From Octopus vulgaris (Eukaryota), in contig OX597833.1 of NCBI GenBank assembly GCA_951406725.2, forward strand, positions 18,104,001 to 18,168,000: a DNA stretch of 64,000 nucleotides, read 5' to 3'. Position numbers and translations under genes: made by a program. Below are positions 37,801-50,656 of the stretch, one piece after another. The notes below the pieces were generated by a model. The model saw only the letters and a program-made list of their open reading frames with translations. It was not told where the DNA came from and did no database searches. Position 1 is the first letter of the stretch. Each line of letters opens with the position of its first letter.

Positions 37801-39220
37801 GCCACATTCTAATTACTGAAACAAACAAAAGAAAAAAGATAAACAATTCACTGTAATTAATTTCTTGGGTGAACTCCGTAGTGACTAACATTACTGGCAA
37901 GAGTTTTGTATGTGTTTTTTCTCCTCCAAAAACATGGCTTTCTTCTACTTGAACTTATCCGTAGTCATGTTTCATTACAGCCCAAGCATAGCTTATGAAT
38001 TGATGCCAATTCATAAACGAATATTTTTTTTAATAATCTGTAAATTCGTAGCCTGTTAAAAAGATTAGGTCGATATATATTTAGACGTACAGACAGAATT
38101 ACATTAACGTAGTTTTGGTATTATATTAGTTTCCAGGTATTCCAAGAGACAGGTATCCAACAATGCGTAATATATATATATTATATATATTATATTATAT
38201 ATATATATATATATATACACACATGCACACATATACATATATATGTATGAAAATATATATACACACATACATATACACACATGAATATATATACAAACAT
38301 ATATATGCACATATACATATATACACATAAATATACATATATATATATATATATATTCATATATATACATATGTACATATATATATATACATATATATAT
38401 ACATATATACATACCTATAGATATATACACACACTCATATATTCATATATATACACATATATATATATATATACGTATATCTGCATATATGCACGTATAT
38501 ATGCATATATATACTCATATATACATATATATTCTTATATAGGTATATATTCATATATATACTTATATACATATATATAGATATACATAGTTATATATAA
38601 ATGGCGGTGCCCCAGCATGGCCACAGCTCATAAGCTGAAACTAGAATCAATCAATCATATATATATGCATATATATACGTATATATAATTATATATTTAT
38701 ATACATATATATAGTTATATATACATATATATGCGTATATATACTTAAATGTGTGTGTGAGTGTGTGTGTGCGTATAAATGGTTGGCATGTTGAGAAGAC
38801 TGCATATTTGATACTTACAACGCAAAAGTCGTCAGATGCAACAGTTGGTAAATTGAAGCGGTTACGGTTCTTAAGTCGAGTGTTACTAAGTGTAATATTT
38901 AGTATGGTAGATGTCAGGTCTCCGAGAATGTAATGGATAAGTTAGTTGTTTTCGAAGACCATGGAATAACTGACAGAAAAAATTAATAGTTTTTTGCGTT
39001 ACTTTACTACAAGATAATAAACAGCTGTTTCGAGCTGTTGTTGTATAAAGATAAGTAGAAATTCTGTCATCCATTTCGTAGGTAGTTGTGTTCATCTGTT
39101 TGTGACTGCTAGGAGACCGAAGGAAGAAGGAGTGTATAAAAGTAAGAGAATTTCTCTCTTCAGATTGACGAACAGAGAAAGTGAAAGTTGCATTGTCCTT
39201 CGCTGACATGCTACGAGTAA

Positions 39221-39295
<75 letters not shown>

Positions 39296-40015
39296 GACTC
39301 CTTGTGCTAATGCCGGATACGAAGAGAGATGTACATCTGGCCAAGCGCCAGGTAATAAGAGAAAGAACTAGCTGAAAGTGTTAACAGATTAATCGGATAC
39401 TATGAATCTAAAATTGTAATAATTAAATGTACAATTTTAATCATTATAACAAATACCTTATTAATTTAATCATTTCCACTGGCTAGCTTACAAAAATAAT
39501 GTGATTATAAAAAGTTCTTTTTTTTTTTTTCTTTCAAATTATTTTGTCCATTCTTCAGATTTGAAGTAGTTGGTAATCCTAGTATCGTAAATCCGGCAAA
39601 TTATTAAGATAACCGTTGAGGTTCATGATAAAGAAATAGCTTCGATGCATGTCACTAATTATTTTTGTTCTTGTTTCAGATTGTAATGGGTATAGTCTAC
39701 AACCCAATCCAAGAGAAACTTTATTCTGCTAAGAAAGGCCAAGGTGCATATTGTAACAGTGAAGAAATATCAGTATCAGGACAAACAGGTGAGACACAAG
39801 TTCGGGGAATTATTATGTCATGAAATCATGGTGATATCGGTTTGGCAGCTGACGATCGGAATGTCCATGTGATATACTTGTTTCTGAATTTTTTATGTCT
39901 TGGGGTCTCATTCATCCTTTCGTGATCGATAAATTAAGTACCAGGGAAACACTGGGGTCGATGGAATCAACTTAGCCCCTCTAAAATTTCAGGCCTTGTG
40001 CCTTTAGTAGAAAGG

Positions 40016-40079
<64 letters not shown>

Positions 40080-40177
40080 TTTAATCTGCGTGTTTGTTCC
40101 AATCACTTGCCGAGACACAGCCAGTGTTCTCGGGCGAGTGAAGGATAAGAGATGTTACAGTATGACTGAAAGTGTAA

Positions 40178-40228
<51 letters not shown>

Positions 40229-40950
40229 GGCAGCAAGCTGGCAAAATAGTTAGCACGCTGGACGAAATGTTTAGCAGTATTTCACCCGTCGCTAAGTTCT
40301 GAGTTCAAATTCCGCCGAGATCGACTTTGCCTTTCATCCTTTCGGGATCGATAAATTAAGTACCAGTGAAACACTGGGGTCTATGTAATCGATTAGACCC
40401 CTCTCTCCAATCTTCAGACCTTGTGCCTTTAGTAGAAAGCATCATCATTATTATCATCATCATCGTCTTCATCAACCTAGTCATTTTATCTTGGGATCTG
40501 GTGACAACAAATCTCCTCAGATCTCAAGAAATTTTTCTGATGTTTCTTGCAGGATAGAGTATGGAACTTTTTCTGCAAGTCGACAGTGCGAGACTCAATT
40601 CTAAATTATTATTTGTATTTTTTTTCAGAACTCAAAAAAGCTTTGGTGTTTTCAGAATTCGGCAGCCATCGTGATCCCAAAAAGCTTGAAATTAAATTTG
40701 GCAACATGTATAATATTATTATGAAGAGTCACGGGTAAATAATACGAAAATGATTGTAATGTCAATTTTTAATTTGCATGTAGGAGGCGTAGGAGTGGCC
40801 GTGTGGTAAGTAGCTTGCTTACCAACCACATGGTTCCGGTTCAGTCCCACTGCGTGGCACCTTGGGCAAGTGTCTTCTACTATAGCCTCGGGCCGACCAA
40901 AGCCTTGTGAGTGGATTTGGTAGACGGAAACTGAAAGAAGCTCGTCGTAC

Positions 40951-41003
<53 letters not shown>

Positions 41004-41819
41004 TGAGTGTGTGTATGTGTTGGTGTGTCTGTGTTTGTCCCCCCAACATCGCTTGACAACCGATGCTGGTGTGTTTACGTCCCCGTAAATTAGGGGCTCG
41101 GCAAAAGACACCGATAGAATAAATATTAGGCTTAAAAAAAAAAAGGGTTCTGGGGTCGATTTTTGCTCGACTAAAGGCGGTGCTCCAGCATGGCCGCAGT
41201 CACATGACTGAAACAAGTAAAAGAGAATAAAAGAGCAAATGTAATTTCCGTTTGATTGTGGAACAAATTTATGTCGTCAAGAGCGGCGATGATGTCGTCC
41301 ATCTGGAATGAATAAAAATTGTTTGAAACATTAGCTGCTCACATTACAGCCTCATTCAGTCACATCACACCTACTCAAGGCAGTTGGCATCCAGCATTTC
41401 ATAAACTGGTGGAACAGAAATCCCTTATTCAACGAGTCACTGGCAAACATGCATAACACATACATTTAGTATGTCCGGTCGATAAAGTTTACAATAGCAG
41501 CGCTGCTTTTTATTCGCGATTGAATTTAATCTTAAGTCTGCATGGTCGGAGCGCACCAGCAAATGGTTGTTACACTATTTGCATTCGGTCATAGACTGGC
41601 GATTCAATCCACCCCCGGCTCGTGATGTTGATAAGCCACAAGAATGGTGAAATATCGGTAGTCATCACTCCTGAATGGCATTGAAGTTAGTTGTCTCACC
41701 TGTCAATGCCTTTCAGGTGTTTTAACACCCAGTACTATGATGGAATCATTCCCAGAGCGCTGTTCTCCAGCGAGCAAGCGAATAAGCAAATCACATATAT
41801 TGAGCATGTGCGGTCGATA

Positions 41820-41866
<47 letters not shown>

Positions 41867-42082
41867 GTAATATGTGACAATTATTCGGTAGCCATGATAA
41901 AACTCCGAGTTTCGGATGCCGAGGTGGAAATCCACGCCGCCATCTCTTCAGTTATCCGGCCATCGGAAAAATGCTACGAAAAAAAAAATAATAATTGTCT
42001 GATATTACATTTACAGATACATTCCTCTATTTTACATAATATCAAGGTCTCTTTCTTTCCTTTGTTATCTTACCATTTTTAT

Positions 42083-42142
<60 letters not shown>

Positions 42143-44062
42143 TATATCTTTATGTATAAAAGTAAGGTTGTGTGTATGTCTCCTACGATTTAGATTCCTA
42201 ACTACTCCCACATTTTGCGGTGCAGTTTAACCAAAACCGGGTGTCATATAGTCGTGATTCATATCGAACCCTTATGGGTATTAGCGCGCGTCTACGATGA
42301 GTCTACGATTTAAAAAAAAATTACCATCATTTTTTCCCATTTTAATGTATTTTTCGCTATTATATAAGGGAAGTAACTCTCTAAAAATGTCTACGATGAG
42401 TCAACGATTAAAAAAAAATTTACCATCGTTTTTTTTCCATTTTTAATGCATTTTTTGCTATTTTTTGGCTATAACTCTCTAAAAATGCTTATATAGTTAT
42501 TTCCCTTACAAACCCGAGCAACGCCGGGCGATACTGCTAGTGTATATATATTGTATGTATGCATATATGTATGTATGTATTAATGTGGGTAGGAAGATAT
42601 ATGTTAATCTGCGGCTTAAAATGTATGTATATATATATTGCTTTATGTACATATCACTTATTTATATATTATTTAAATGTATATCTCCTTATAGATGCAC
42701 ATTCATATGAAAAATGTATCGTCTTTATTCACTGATAATGATGTGCAAATAATGCCATGTAATTAAGTGTAAGCACACACACACATACACACAGACACTC
42801 ACACACACACCATTATAATGAAGAATAGCACATCTTAAAATATGAAATGATGGCGACTGGAAATCCCTTGATTAAATCTCTACTCTATTGATAAAAGCTA
42901 ACAGGGAGTTAAACTAGAGCAGTTACAAAGACACATAATTTCGACATAAAAATACCGGACGTTTTATTGACCAAGATTCTGTGTTGTTCACCTTATACAA
43001 ATAATCCAAATAATGTTTTCTGAATTTTAAAAATTTCATTTCATCTTTCATTTTATTCCACAGAATACGGGCTCAGGGCTCAGCGGCTTTAGATTTGTGT
43101 GGTGTTGCTTGTGGCCAGGCCGATGCTTTTGTTGAATATGGAATTCACGTATGGGACATCGCTGCTGGTATACTGATAGCAACCGAAGCCGGAGCCACCG
43201 TAATGGACCCAAATAATGGTTAGTATTTGAAAATAAGCAGACATTCACTCACAGATTCATTGCAATACATGTTGACACACACATACGGTAAACCCGCCAG
43301 ACAGAGAAGTCAAAGCTCTATCAAGGCGCAACCTACCGCCAGAAAAAAAATAGAATGAATATATTGGAAAATGTAAGGCAACGAGTTAGCACAATTGCTA
43401 CCAGAGTGTTTTCTCTGACTTTACTTTCTTGGGTGGAGGCGCGTAGCTTAGTGATTAGAGTGTCAGGACCATGATCCTAAGATTGTGGTTTCGATTCCTG
43501 GACCGGGCAATGCGTTGTGTCCTTGAGCAAAACACTTCATTTCACGTTGCTCCAGTCCACTCAGCTGGCAAAAGTGAGTAACGCTGATTTGGACTGGCGT
43601 CCCGTCCATCTGGGGAACACATACGCCATAGAAACCGGGAAACCGGGCCCATGAGCTTGGCTAGGCTTTAAAAGGGCGCGTTTATTTATTTTTTACTTTC
43701 TTGGCTCAAATTCCACCGAGACTACCTTGCCTATCATCCTTTCAAGGTCGATTAAATATGTACCAGTTGTGCACTGTGTTCGATGTAATTGACTGGCCTC
43801 TTTCCCTTAAACTTTCAGGCTTTGTGCCTATATTAATGAGGATTATTGATAAGGCGGTGAGCTGGCAGAATCGTTAGCATGCCGGAGAAAAACGCTTAGC
43901 GGCATTTCTTCTGGCTTTACGTTCTGAGTTCAAATGAGGTCGATTTTGCCTTTCAAACTTTTCAGGGGTCGAGGAAATAAGTACCAGTTGAATGTAATCG
44001 ATTTCCCTTCCCCTCAAAATTTCTGGCCTTCGCCAAAATTTATAAATGTATTATCGTTATTA

Positions 44063-44118
<56 letters not shown>

Positions 44119-44668
44119 GTTATTATTATTGAGTGAGAGAGCAGTGCATGCCATCAAAGTGACACTGGGTAAAATATACGAAGCCCAGTATACCCATCAT
44201 AACTACCCGTCTGATAAGGAACATGCATCACAACCACATGTGCGCGACATGGTGATCTCATATCAAGATAAACAGCACATGACCTTGCAGGTGGGGCCCA
44301 TCTAGAATTTATTTCAGGTCGAGTAGCCCATCCCGCTCAAAAGGTCCCTGAATAAGGGTTGCTTAAGTTTGTTGAACGAAACTTCCATGTTTCCAGAGGT
44401 GAATTATTCAAACCCCAAAGAATCCCTCTCAAAACATGACTATCATGCTCCCCTACTACTTCTGCTCGTGATGCACATATCGTCGACCACTAATGGACAT
44501 GCTCAACTGGTTAAGGTCAAACAACTGACAAGTAAATCTGTTGTATTGAGCAGAATATTTGCTGTAGCCCATCTTTTATACCAAGACAAAACAATATACA
44601 TGATAACACTTCCAATCAGTTAAAGATCAGAAGCCACGTGAGCCATTGCCTGGTACGGCATCAGGGCC

Positions 44669-44713
<45 letters not shown>

Positions 44714-44975
44714 GTTATTGTTGTTGTTAAGGCAACGAGCTGGCAGAATTGTCAGTACGCAGGACGAAATGTTTAGCGGTATTTCGCCCGTCGCTACGTT
44801 CTGAGTTCAAATTCCACCGAGGTCGATTTTACCTTTCATCCTTCCGGGGTTGATAAATTAAGTACCAGTATAGTACTGGGGTGCATATAATCAACTTGCA
44901 CCCATTCCCTCAATTGCTGGCCTTGTGCTATGATTTGAAGCCCTTATTTCAAGCTTTGTGCCTATAATAGAAAGG

Positions 44976-45037
<62 letters not shown>

Positions 45038-45727
45038 GGCGGCGTGCTGGCAGAATCGTTAGCACGCTGGACAAAATTCTTGGTATTTCGCTCGTCGCTA
45101 CGTTCTGAGTTCAAATTCGGGCGAAGTCAACTTTGCCCTTCATCCTTTCGGGGTAGATGAATTAAGTACCAGTTGCGTACTGGTGCCCGATCAAAAACTT
45201 TTGGGTCAACAAAAATAAGTACCAGTCAAACACTGGGGGCGATGTAATCGACTTGCACCCATTCCCACAATCGCTGGCCTTGTGCTGTGATTTGAAACCC
45301 TTATTAGTTGGCGCTGGGCTGGCAGAATCATTACCGTGCCGGGCAAAATGCTTAGCAGCATTTCGTCCGTCCTTTCGTTCAGAGTTCAAATTCCGCCGGG
45401 GTCCGCTTTGCCTTTTATCCTTTCGGGGCCCATAAAATGAGTAGAAGTTGAACACTGGGATCAAGGTAATCGACTTAGCTTCTTCCCTAAAATTTCTGGC
45501 CTTGTGCTAAAATATGAAATCATTATTATTGTTGTTGAGGATGTTAACGTCCTGTTAAAATATGTACAACGTGTCAGATCTTTAACAATGTCGTTTTTTA
45601 TTAAAACTATATTTACTCAGGAGGAAAACTGGATATGATGAATCGGCGTATTTTATGTGCTTCTTCCCGAAGTTTGGCCCATCAACTGAGAAGCCAAATT
45701 AAATCTCAAGAATTCATACCCGATTAA
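31701..45727 (+). CDS. IMPA1: Myo-inositol-1(or 4)-monophosphatase (IMPA1/IMPA2-like), 8 coding exons: 31701(or 31782)-31844, 33159-33292, 35677-35781, 36955-37000, 39680-39788, 40629-40734, 43064-43218, 45621-45727; 274 aa from ATG 31782 or 301 aa from ATG 31701
   Basis: Manual splicing at GT-AG junctions gives one open frame of 825 nt from 31782, containing [44 protein letters not shown] and [11 protein letters not shown]. These are the metal-binding signatures of the inositol monophosphatase family. Exon sizes and phases match the vertebrate IMPA1 structure as I recall it. The symbol indicates the family; orthology is not resolved. Confidence 0.95.
32271..32470. repeat. Inverted-repeat element between (TA)n tracts; single arms also at about 21050-21122, 48020-48100 and 57645-57721
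   Basis: taaattagaaaaaaaacaccttttatcaattcaaaa / ttttgaattgataaaaggtgtttttttttctaattta. Confidence 0.85.
32561..32596 (+). ncRNA. Minimal hammerhead-like fold with variant core CUGUGGA, in IMPA intron 1 (second copy at 9638-9673)
   Basis: CUUU CUGUGGA A GAGC-GUAG-GCUC GAAAC GUU AAAG; stems I and II are perfect, core A6 is replaced by U. Confidence 0.5.
33159..33292 (+). CDS. IMPA1: IMPA coding exon 2 (MVRRAFNK...[26 protein letters not shown])
   Basis: tag|ATG acceptor, CG|gtaag donor, 134 nt, DLVT-x-TD motif. Confidence 0.95.
33381..33864. repeat. (TTC)n/(GAA)n microsatellite of about 480 bp in IMPA intron 2
   Basis: Direct reading; explains the poly-F/K/E/R ORFs. Confidence 0.98.
35677..35781 (+). 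CDS. IMPA1: IMPA coding exon 3 ([35 protein letters not shown])
   Basis: tttcag acceptor, CG|gtaaat donor, 105 nt, GEE and DPIDGT motifs. Confidence 0.97.
36955..37000 (+). CDS. IMPA1: IMPA coding exon 4 ([15 protein letters not shown])
   Basis: tttcag acceptor, GAG|gtgag donor, 46 nt, phase compatible. Confidence 0.93.
38170..38770. repeat. Degenerate (TA)/(TACA) low-complexity field
   Basis: Direct reading. Confidence 0.95.
39680..39788 (+). CDS. IMPA1: IMPA coding exon 5 ([36 protein letters not shown])
   Basis: tttcag acceptor, AG|gtgag donor, 109 nt, GxVYNP...GxGA motif. Confidence 0.95.
40629..40734 (+). CDS. IMPA1: IMPA coding exon 6 ([36 protein letters not shown])
   Basis: tttttcag acceptor, GG|gtaaat donor, 106 nt. 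Confidence 0.93.
41891..41960 (-). ncRNA. Type I hammerhead ribozyme in IMPA intron 6, antisense (duplicate at 51540-51609)
   Basis: Minus strand: GCCGGAUAA CUGAAGA GAUGGCGGC GUGGA-UU-UCCAC CUCGGCAUCC GAAAC UCGGA GUU UUAUC AUGGC; stem I GAUAA/UUAUC plus GCC/GGC. Confidence 0.7.
42147..42540 (+). mobile_element. Non-autonomous Helitron, family C (also 47152-47451)
   Basis: 5' tctttatgtataaaag; 3' hairpin + CTAG|T. Confidence 0.8.
43064..43218 (+). CDS. IMPA1: IMPA coding exon 7 ([51 protein letters not shown])
   Basis: ccacag acceptor, G|gttagt donor, 155 nt, WDxAAG signature. Confidence 0.97.
43850..45525 (+). mobile_element. SINE cluster with (ATT)n tracts in IMPA intron 7, including an unclassified insert at about 44130-44670
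   Basis: Family consensus copies at about 43852, 44729, 45036 and 45310, separated by (ATT)n. Confidence 0.8.
45621..45727 (+). CDS. IMPA1: IMPA coding exon 8, terminal ([35 protein letters not shown])
   Basis: actcag acceptor, TAA at 45725-45727, followed by AATAAA signals. Confidence 0.93.
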
Positions 45728-45909
45728 CAATTTTCACCTTCCGTTCACAAATGAGCCCTTTTTTTTAGTGTTCCCTATTTTAGTGTTCAATTGTGAATGA
45801 AAGGCGAAAACTGTTCTTTTTTTTTTCTTTTTCTTTTTCATTGGAAAAACAAATGTTAAAATATTATTGTTATTATTGAAAAAAAATTACAAAATACAGA
45901 AAAAATATC

Positions 45910-45990
45910 AAAAATAAAGAAATCACTTAAAAAATTATAAAAATTTTCAAAATCAATAAAAGACATTGTCAATTTCTTCTCTCAATAAAC
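45910..45990 (+). terminator. Candidate polyadenylation signals of the IMPA gene
   Basis: Three AATAAA hexamers about 190-260 nt after the stop codon; AT-rich context makes chance matches possible. Confidence 0.5.
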
Positions 45991-47873
45991 AGTCATTGAA
46001 ATCCACGCGAGTTATTTCTTCAGCTTACAATTTATAAGACACATACAAACGCATCTATATACCTACATGTACATATTGAGATTTTATAATCTATTATATA
46101 AAATCCGTTCTGTCTGTCTGTGTGTGTGTCTTCTAGGATCTCGGGCAACCTCCATCCGATTGCGTTCAAATTTGATATGTAGAGAGCGACGGTATCAGGG
46201 TGACGGTATCAGTCTTGAAAAGGCGGCGAGCTGGCAGAAACGTTAGCACGCCGGGCGGAATGCTTAGCTGTATTTCGTCTGCCGTTAGGTTCTGAGTTCA
46301 AATTCCGCCGAGGTCGGCTTTGCCTTTCATCCTTTCGGGGTCGATAAATTAAGTACCAGTTACGCACTGGGGTCGATGTAATCGACTTAATACCTATGTC
46401 TATCCTTGTTTGTCCCCTCTGTGTTTAGCCCCTCGTGGGTAGTAAAGAAATAGGTATCTATCTTGAAAAAATTACAAAAATCAACTCCAGGTGAGAATGC
46501 GATCGATAAAGCCGTGGGAACGTGCATTTGTAAAATCGTTTTTCTTGGAATAGAAAAAAAAATCTATCTTTATTTCTTCTTTTGCTGGTGTCTCAAATTT
46601 AGGTTAAGTCAGTGTTTCTCAAAGGGGAGGCCTACGGGACGGTCGGACAAGTTGCCTTTGCAAAAATTTGGTTTAAATGTTTGACAACTCAGCACCGTCC
46701 ATTGAACGGGGAGCGTTTTGCTCATCTATTATATAAAATCCGTTCTGTCTGTCTGTCTGTGTGTCGTCTAGGATCTCGGGCATTCTCCATTTGATTGCGC
46801 TCAAATTTGATATGTAGATACCGACGGTATCAGGGCGTGTATAAGTCTTGAAAAAAATTACAAAAATCGATTCCAGGTGAGAATGCGGTCAATAAAGCCG
46901 TAGGAACGTGCATTTGTAAACTCGTTTTTCTTGGAATAGAAAAAGTCTATCTTTATTTCTTCTTTTGCTGGTGTCTCAAATTTATGTTAAATCAGTGTTT
47001 CTCAAAGGTGAGGCCTATGGGACGGTCGGACAAGTTGTTTTGAGAAGATTTGGTTTAAATGTTTGACAACTCAGCACCGTCCATTGAACGGGATCGTTTT
47101 GCTCGTTAGACATATACATCAACCTAGAGGCATAAATATATAACACGCATATCTTTATATATAAAAGAGAAGTTGTGTGTCTGTCTCCTACGATTTAGAT
47201 TCCTAACTACTCCCACATTTTGCGGTGCAGTTTAACCAAAATCGGGTATCTTATAGTCGTGATTCATATCGAGCCCTTCTGGGTATTAGCGCGCGTCTTC
47301 GGTGAGTCTACGATTTAAAAAAATAATTTACCATCATTTTTTTTCTATTTTAATGCATTTTTTCGCTATTATATAAGGGAAGTAACTCTCTAAAAATGGT
47401 TATATAGTTATTTCCCTTACAAACCCGAGCAACGCCGGGCGATACTGCTAGTTCACATATAAACGTGATCATAGCAAATATATTCTTTTAGTCCTGCGAT
47501 TTTTATTGTGACGGTATGCGGGTAGGAAGGTTTCAAATAAGTTAAACTATAAGGAGCCAGATTCGAAAATGTTTAGAAACAAACGAGATTATCTCCCCTG
47601 CTCAAGTGGATCTGCTCTGAATTATCATTTAGCAATTACGATACATCATCCAGAGGCGGAAATAATTTTAATAAACCAAGAAATTATGTTGTACGGTATT
47701 CCATACACCTGTGATTGTCTAGGCTGTTTAAATGCATTTCACCGACTACTTTGAGTTGTTTGTCTTATTTCATTTTTGTTTAAATTAAAAAAGTAAAGTT
47801 GGCTGGGTACAAAGCCGTTAGTGAAAATCATGGAATTTTTTGTTTATCTCGGAGTGAGCTGCCTGAAAAGGAG

Positions 47874-47943
<70 letters not shown>

Positions 47944-48095
47944 GAGGGAATAATTTTCCAAACTTATTTTGCTCATATACTTAATCATTGTTATATGTTT
48001 TATCTTATATTTAATCTTTCTATAATATGTAATTTTTCTAAATGGTATAATTTAATTTTTCATTATTGAATTGATAAAAGGTGTTTTTTTTTCTA

Positions 48096-48147
<52 letters not shown>

Positions 48148-48189
48148 TTATATACGAGGTCTGATCAATAAGTATCCGGACTGTTGCTA

Positions 48190-48289
48190 NNNNNNNNNNN
48201 NNNNNNNNNNNNNNNNNNNNNNNNNNNNNNNNNNNNNNNNNNNNNNNNNNNNNNNNNNNNNNNNNNNNNNNNNNNNNNNNNNNNNNNNN
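48190..48289. other. Assembly gap (100 N)
   Basis: Run of N. Confidence 1.
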
Positions 48290-48868
48290 TAGAATCAATC
48301 AATCATATATATATGCATATATATACGTATATATAATTATATATTTATATACATATATATAGTTATATATACATATATATGCGTATATATACTTAAATGT
48401 GTGTGTGAGTGTGTGTGTGCGTATAAATGGTTGGCATGTTGAGAAGACTGCATATTTGATACTTACAACGCAAAAGTCGTCAGATGCAACAGTTGGTAAA
48501 TTGAAGCGGTTACGGTTCTTAAGTCGAGTGTTACTAAGTGTAATATTTAGTATGGTAGATGTCAGGTCTCCGAGAATGTAATGGATAAGTTAGTTGTTTT
48601 CGAAGACCATGGAATAACTGACAGAAAAAATTAATAGTTTTTTGCGTTACTTTACTACAAGATAATAAACAGCTGTTTCGAGCTGTTGTTGTATAAAGAT
48701 AAGTAGAAATTCTGTCATCCATTTCGTAGGTAGTTGTGTTCATCTGTTTGTGACTGCTAGGAGACCGAAGGAAGAAGGAGTGTATAAAAGTAAGAGAATT
48801 TCTCTCTTCAGATTGACGAACAGAGAAAGTGAAAGTTGCATTGTCCTTCGCTGACATGTTACGAGTAA

Positions 48869-48947
<79 letters not shown>

Positions 48948-49331
48948 GACTCCTTGTGCTAATGCCGGATACGAAGAGAGATGTACATCTGGCCAAGCGC
49001 CAGGTAATAAGAGAAAGAACTAGCTGAAAGTGTTAACAGATTAATCGGATACTATGAATCTAAAATTGTAATAATTAAATGTACAATTTTAATCATTATA
49101 ACAAATACCTTATTAATTTAATCATTTCCACTGGCTAGCTTACAAAAATAATGTGATTATAAAAAGTTCTTTTTTTTTTTTTCTTTCAAATTATTTTGTC
49201 CATTCTTCAGATTTGAAGTAGTTGGTAATCCTAGTATCGTAAATCCGGCAAATTATTAAGATAACCGTTGAGGTTCATGATAAAGAAATAGCTTCGATGC
49301 ATGTCACTAATTATTTTTGTTCTTGTTTCAG

Positions 49332-49668
49332 ATTGTAATGGGTATAGTCTACAACCCAATCCAAGAGAAACTTTATTCTGCTAAGAAAGGCCAAGGTGCA
49401 TATTGTAACAGTGAAGAAATATCAGTATCAGGACAAACAGGTGAGACACAAGTTCGGGGAATTATTATGTCATGAAATCATGGTGATATCGGTTTGGCAG
49501 CTGACGATCGGAATGTCCATGTGATATACTTGTTTCTGAATTTTTTATGTCTTGGGGGTCTCATTCATCCTTTCGTGATCGATAAATTAAGTACCAGGGA
49601 AACACTGGGGTCGATGGAATCAACTTAGCCCCTCTAAAATTTCAGGCCTTGTGCCTTTAGTAGAAAGG

Positions 49669-49732
<64 letters not shown>

Positions 49733-49830
49733 TTTAATCTGCGTGTTTGTTCCAATCACTTGCCGAGACACAGCCAGTGTTCTCGGGCGAGTGAAGGATA
49801 AGAGATGTTACAGTATGACTGAAAGTGTAA

Positions 49831-49881
<51 letters not shown>

Positions 49882-50603
49882 GGCAGCAAGCTGGCAAAAT
49901 AGTTAGCACGCTGGACGAAATGTTTAGCAGTATTTCACCCGTCGCTAAGTTCTGAGTTCAAATTCCGCCGAGATCGACTTTGCCTTTCATCCTTTCGGGA
50001 TCGATAAATTAAGTACCAGTGAAACACTGGGGTCTATGTAATCGATTAGACCCCTCTCTCCAATCTTCAGACCTTGTGCCTTTAGTAGAAAGCATCATCA
50101 TTATTATCATCATCATCGTCTTCATCAACCTAGTCATTTTATCTTGGGATCTGGTGACAACAAATCTCCTCAGATCTCAAGAAATTTTTCTGATGTTTCT
50201 TGCAGGATAGAGTATGGAACTTTTTCTGCAAGTCGACAGTGCGAGACTCAATTCTAAATTATTATTTGTATTTTTTTTCAGAACTCAAAAAAGCTTTGGT
50301 GTTTTCAGAATTCGGCAGCCATCGTGATCCCAAAAAGCTTGAAATTAAATTTGGCAACATGTATAATATTATTATGAAGAGTCACGGGTAAATAATACGA
50401 AAATGATTGTAATGTCAATTTTTAATTTGCATGTAGGAGGCGTAGGAGTGGCCGTGTGGTAAGTAGCTTGCTTACCAACCACATGGTTCCGGTTCAGTCC
50501 CACTGCGTGGCACCTTGGGCAAGTGTCTTCTACTATAGCCTCGGGCCGACCAAAGCCTTGTGAGTGGATTTGGTAGACGGAAACTGAAAGAAGCTCGTCG
50601 TAC

Positions 50604-50656
<53 letters not shown>

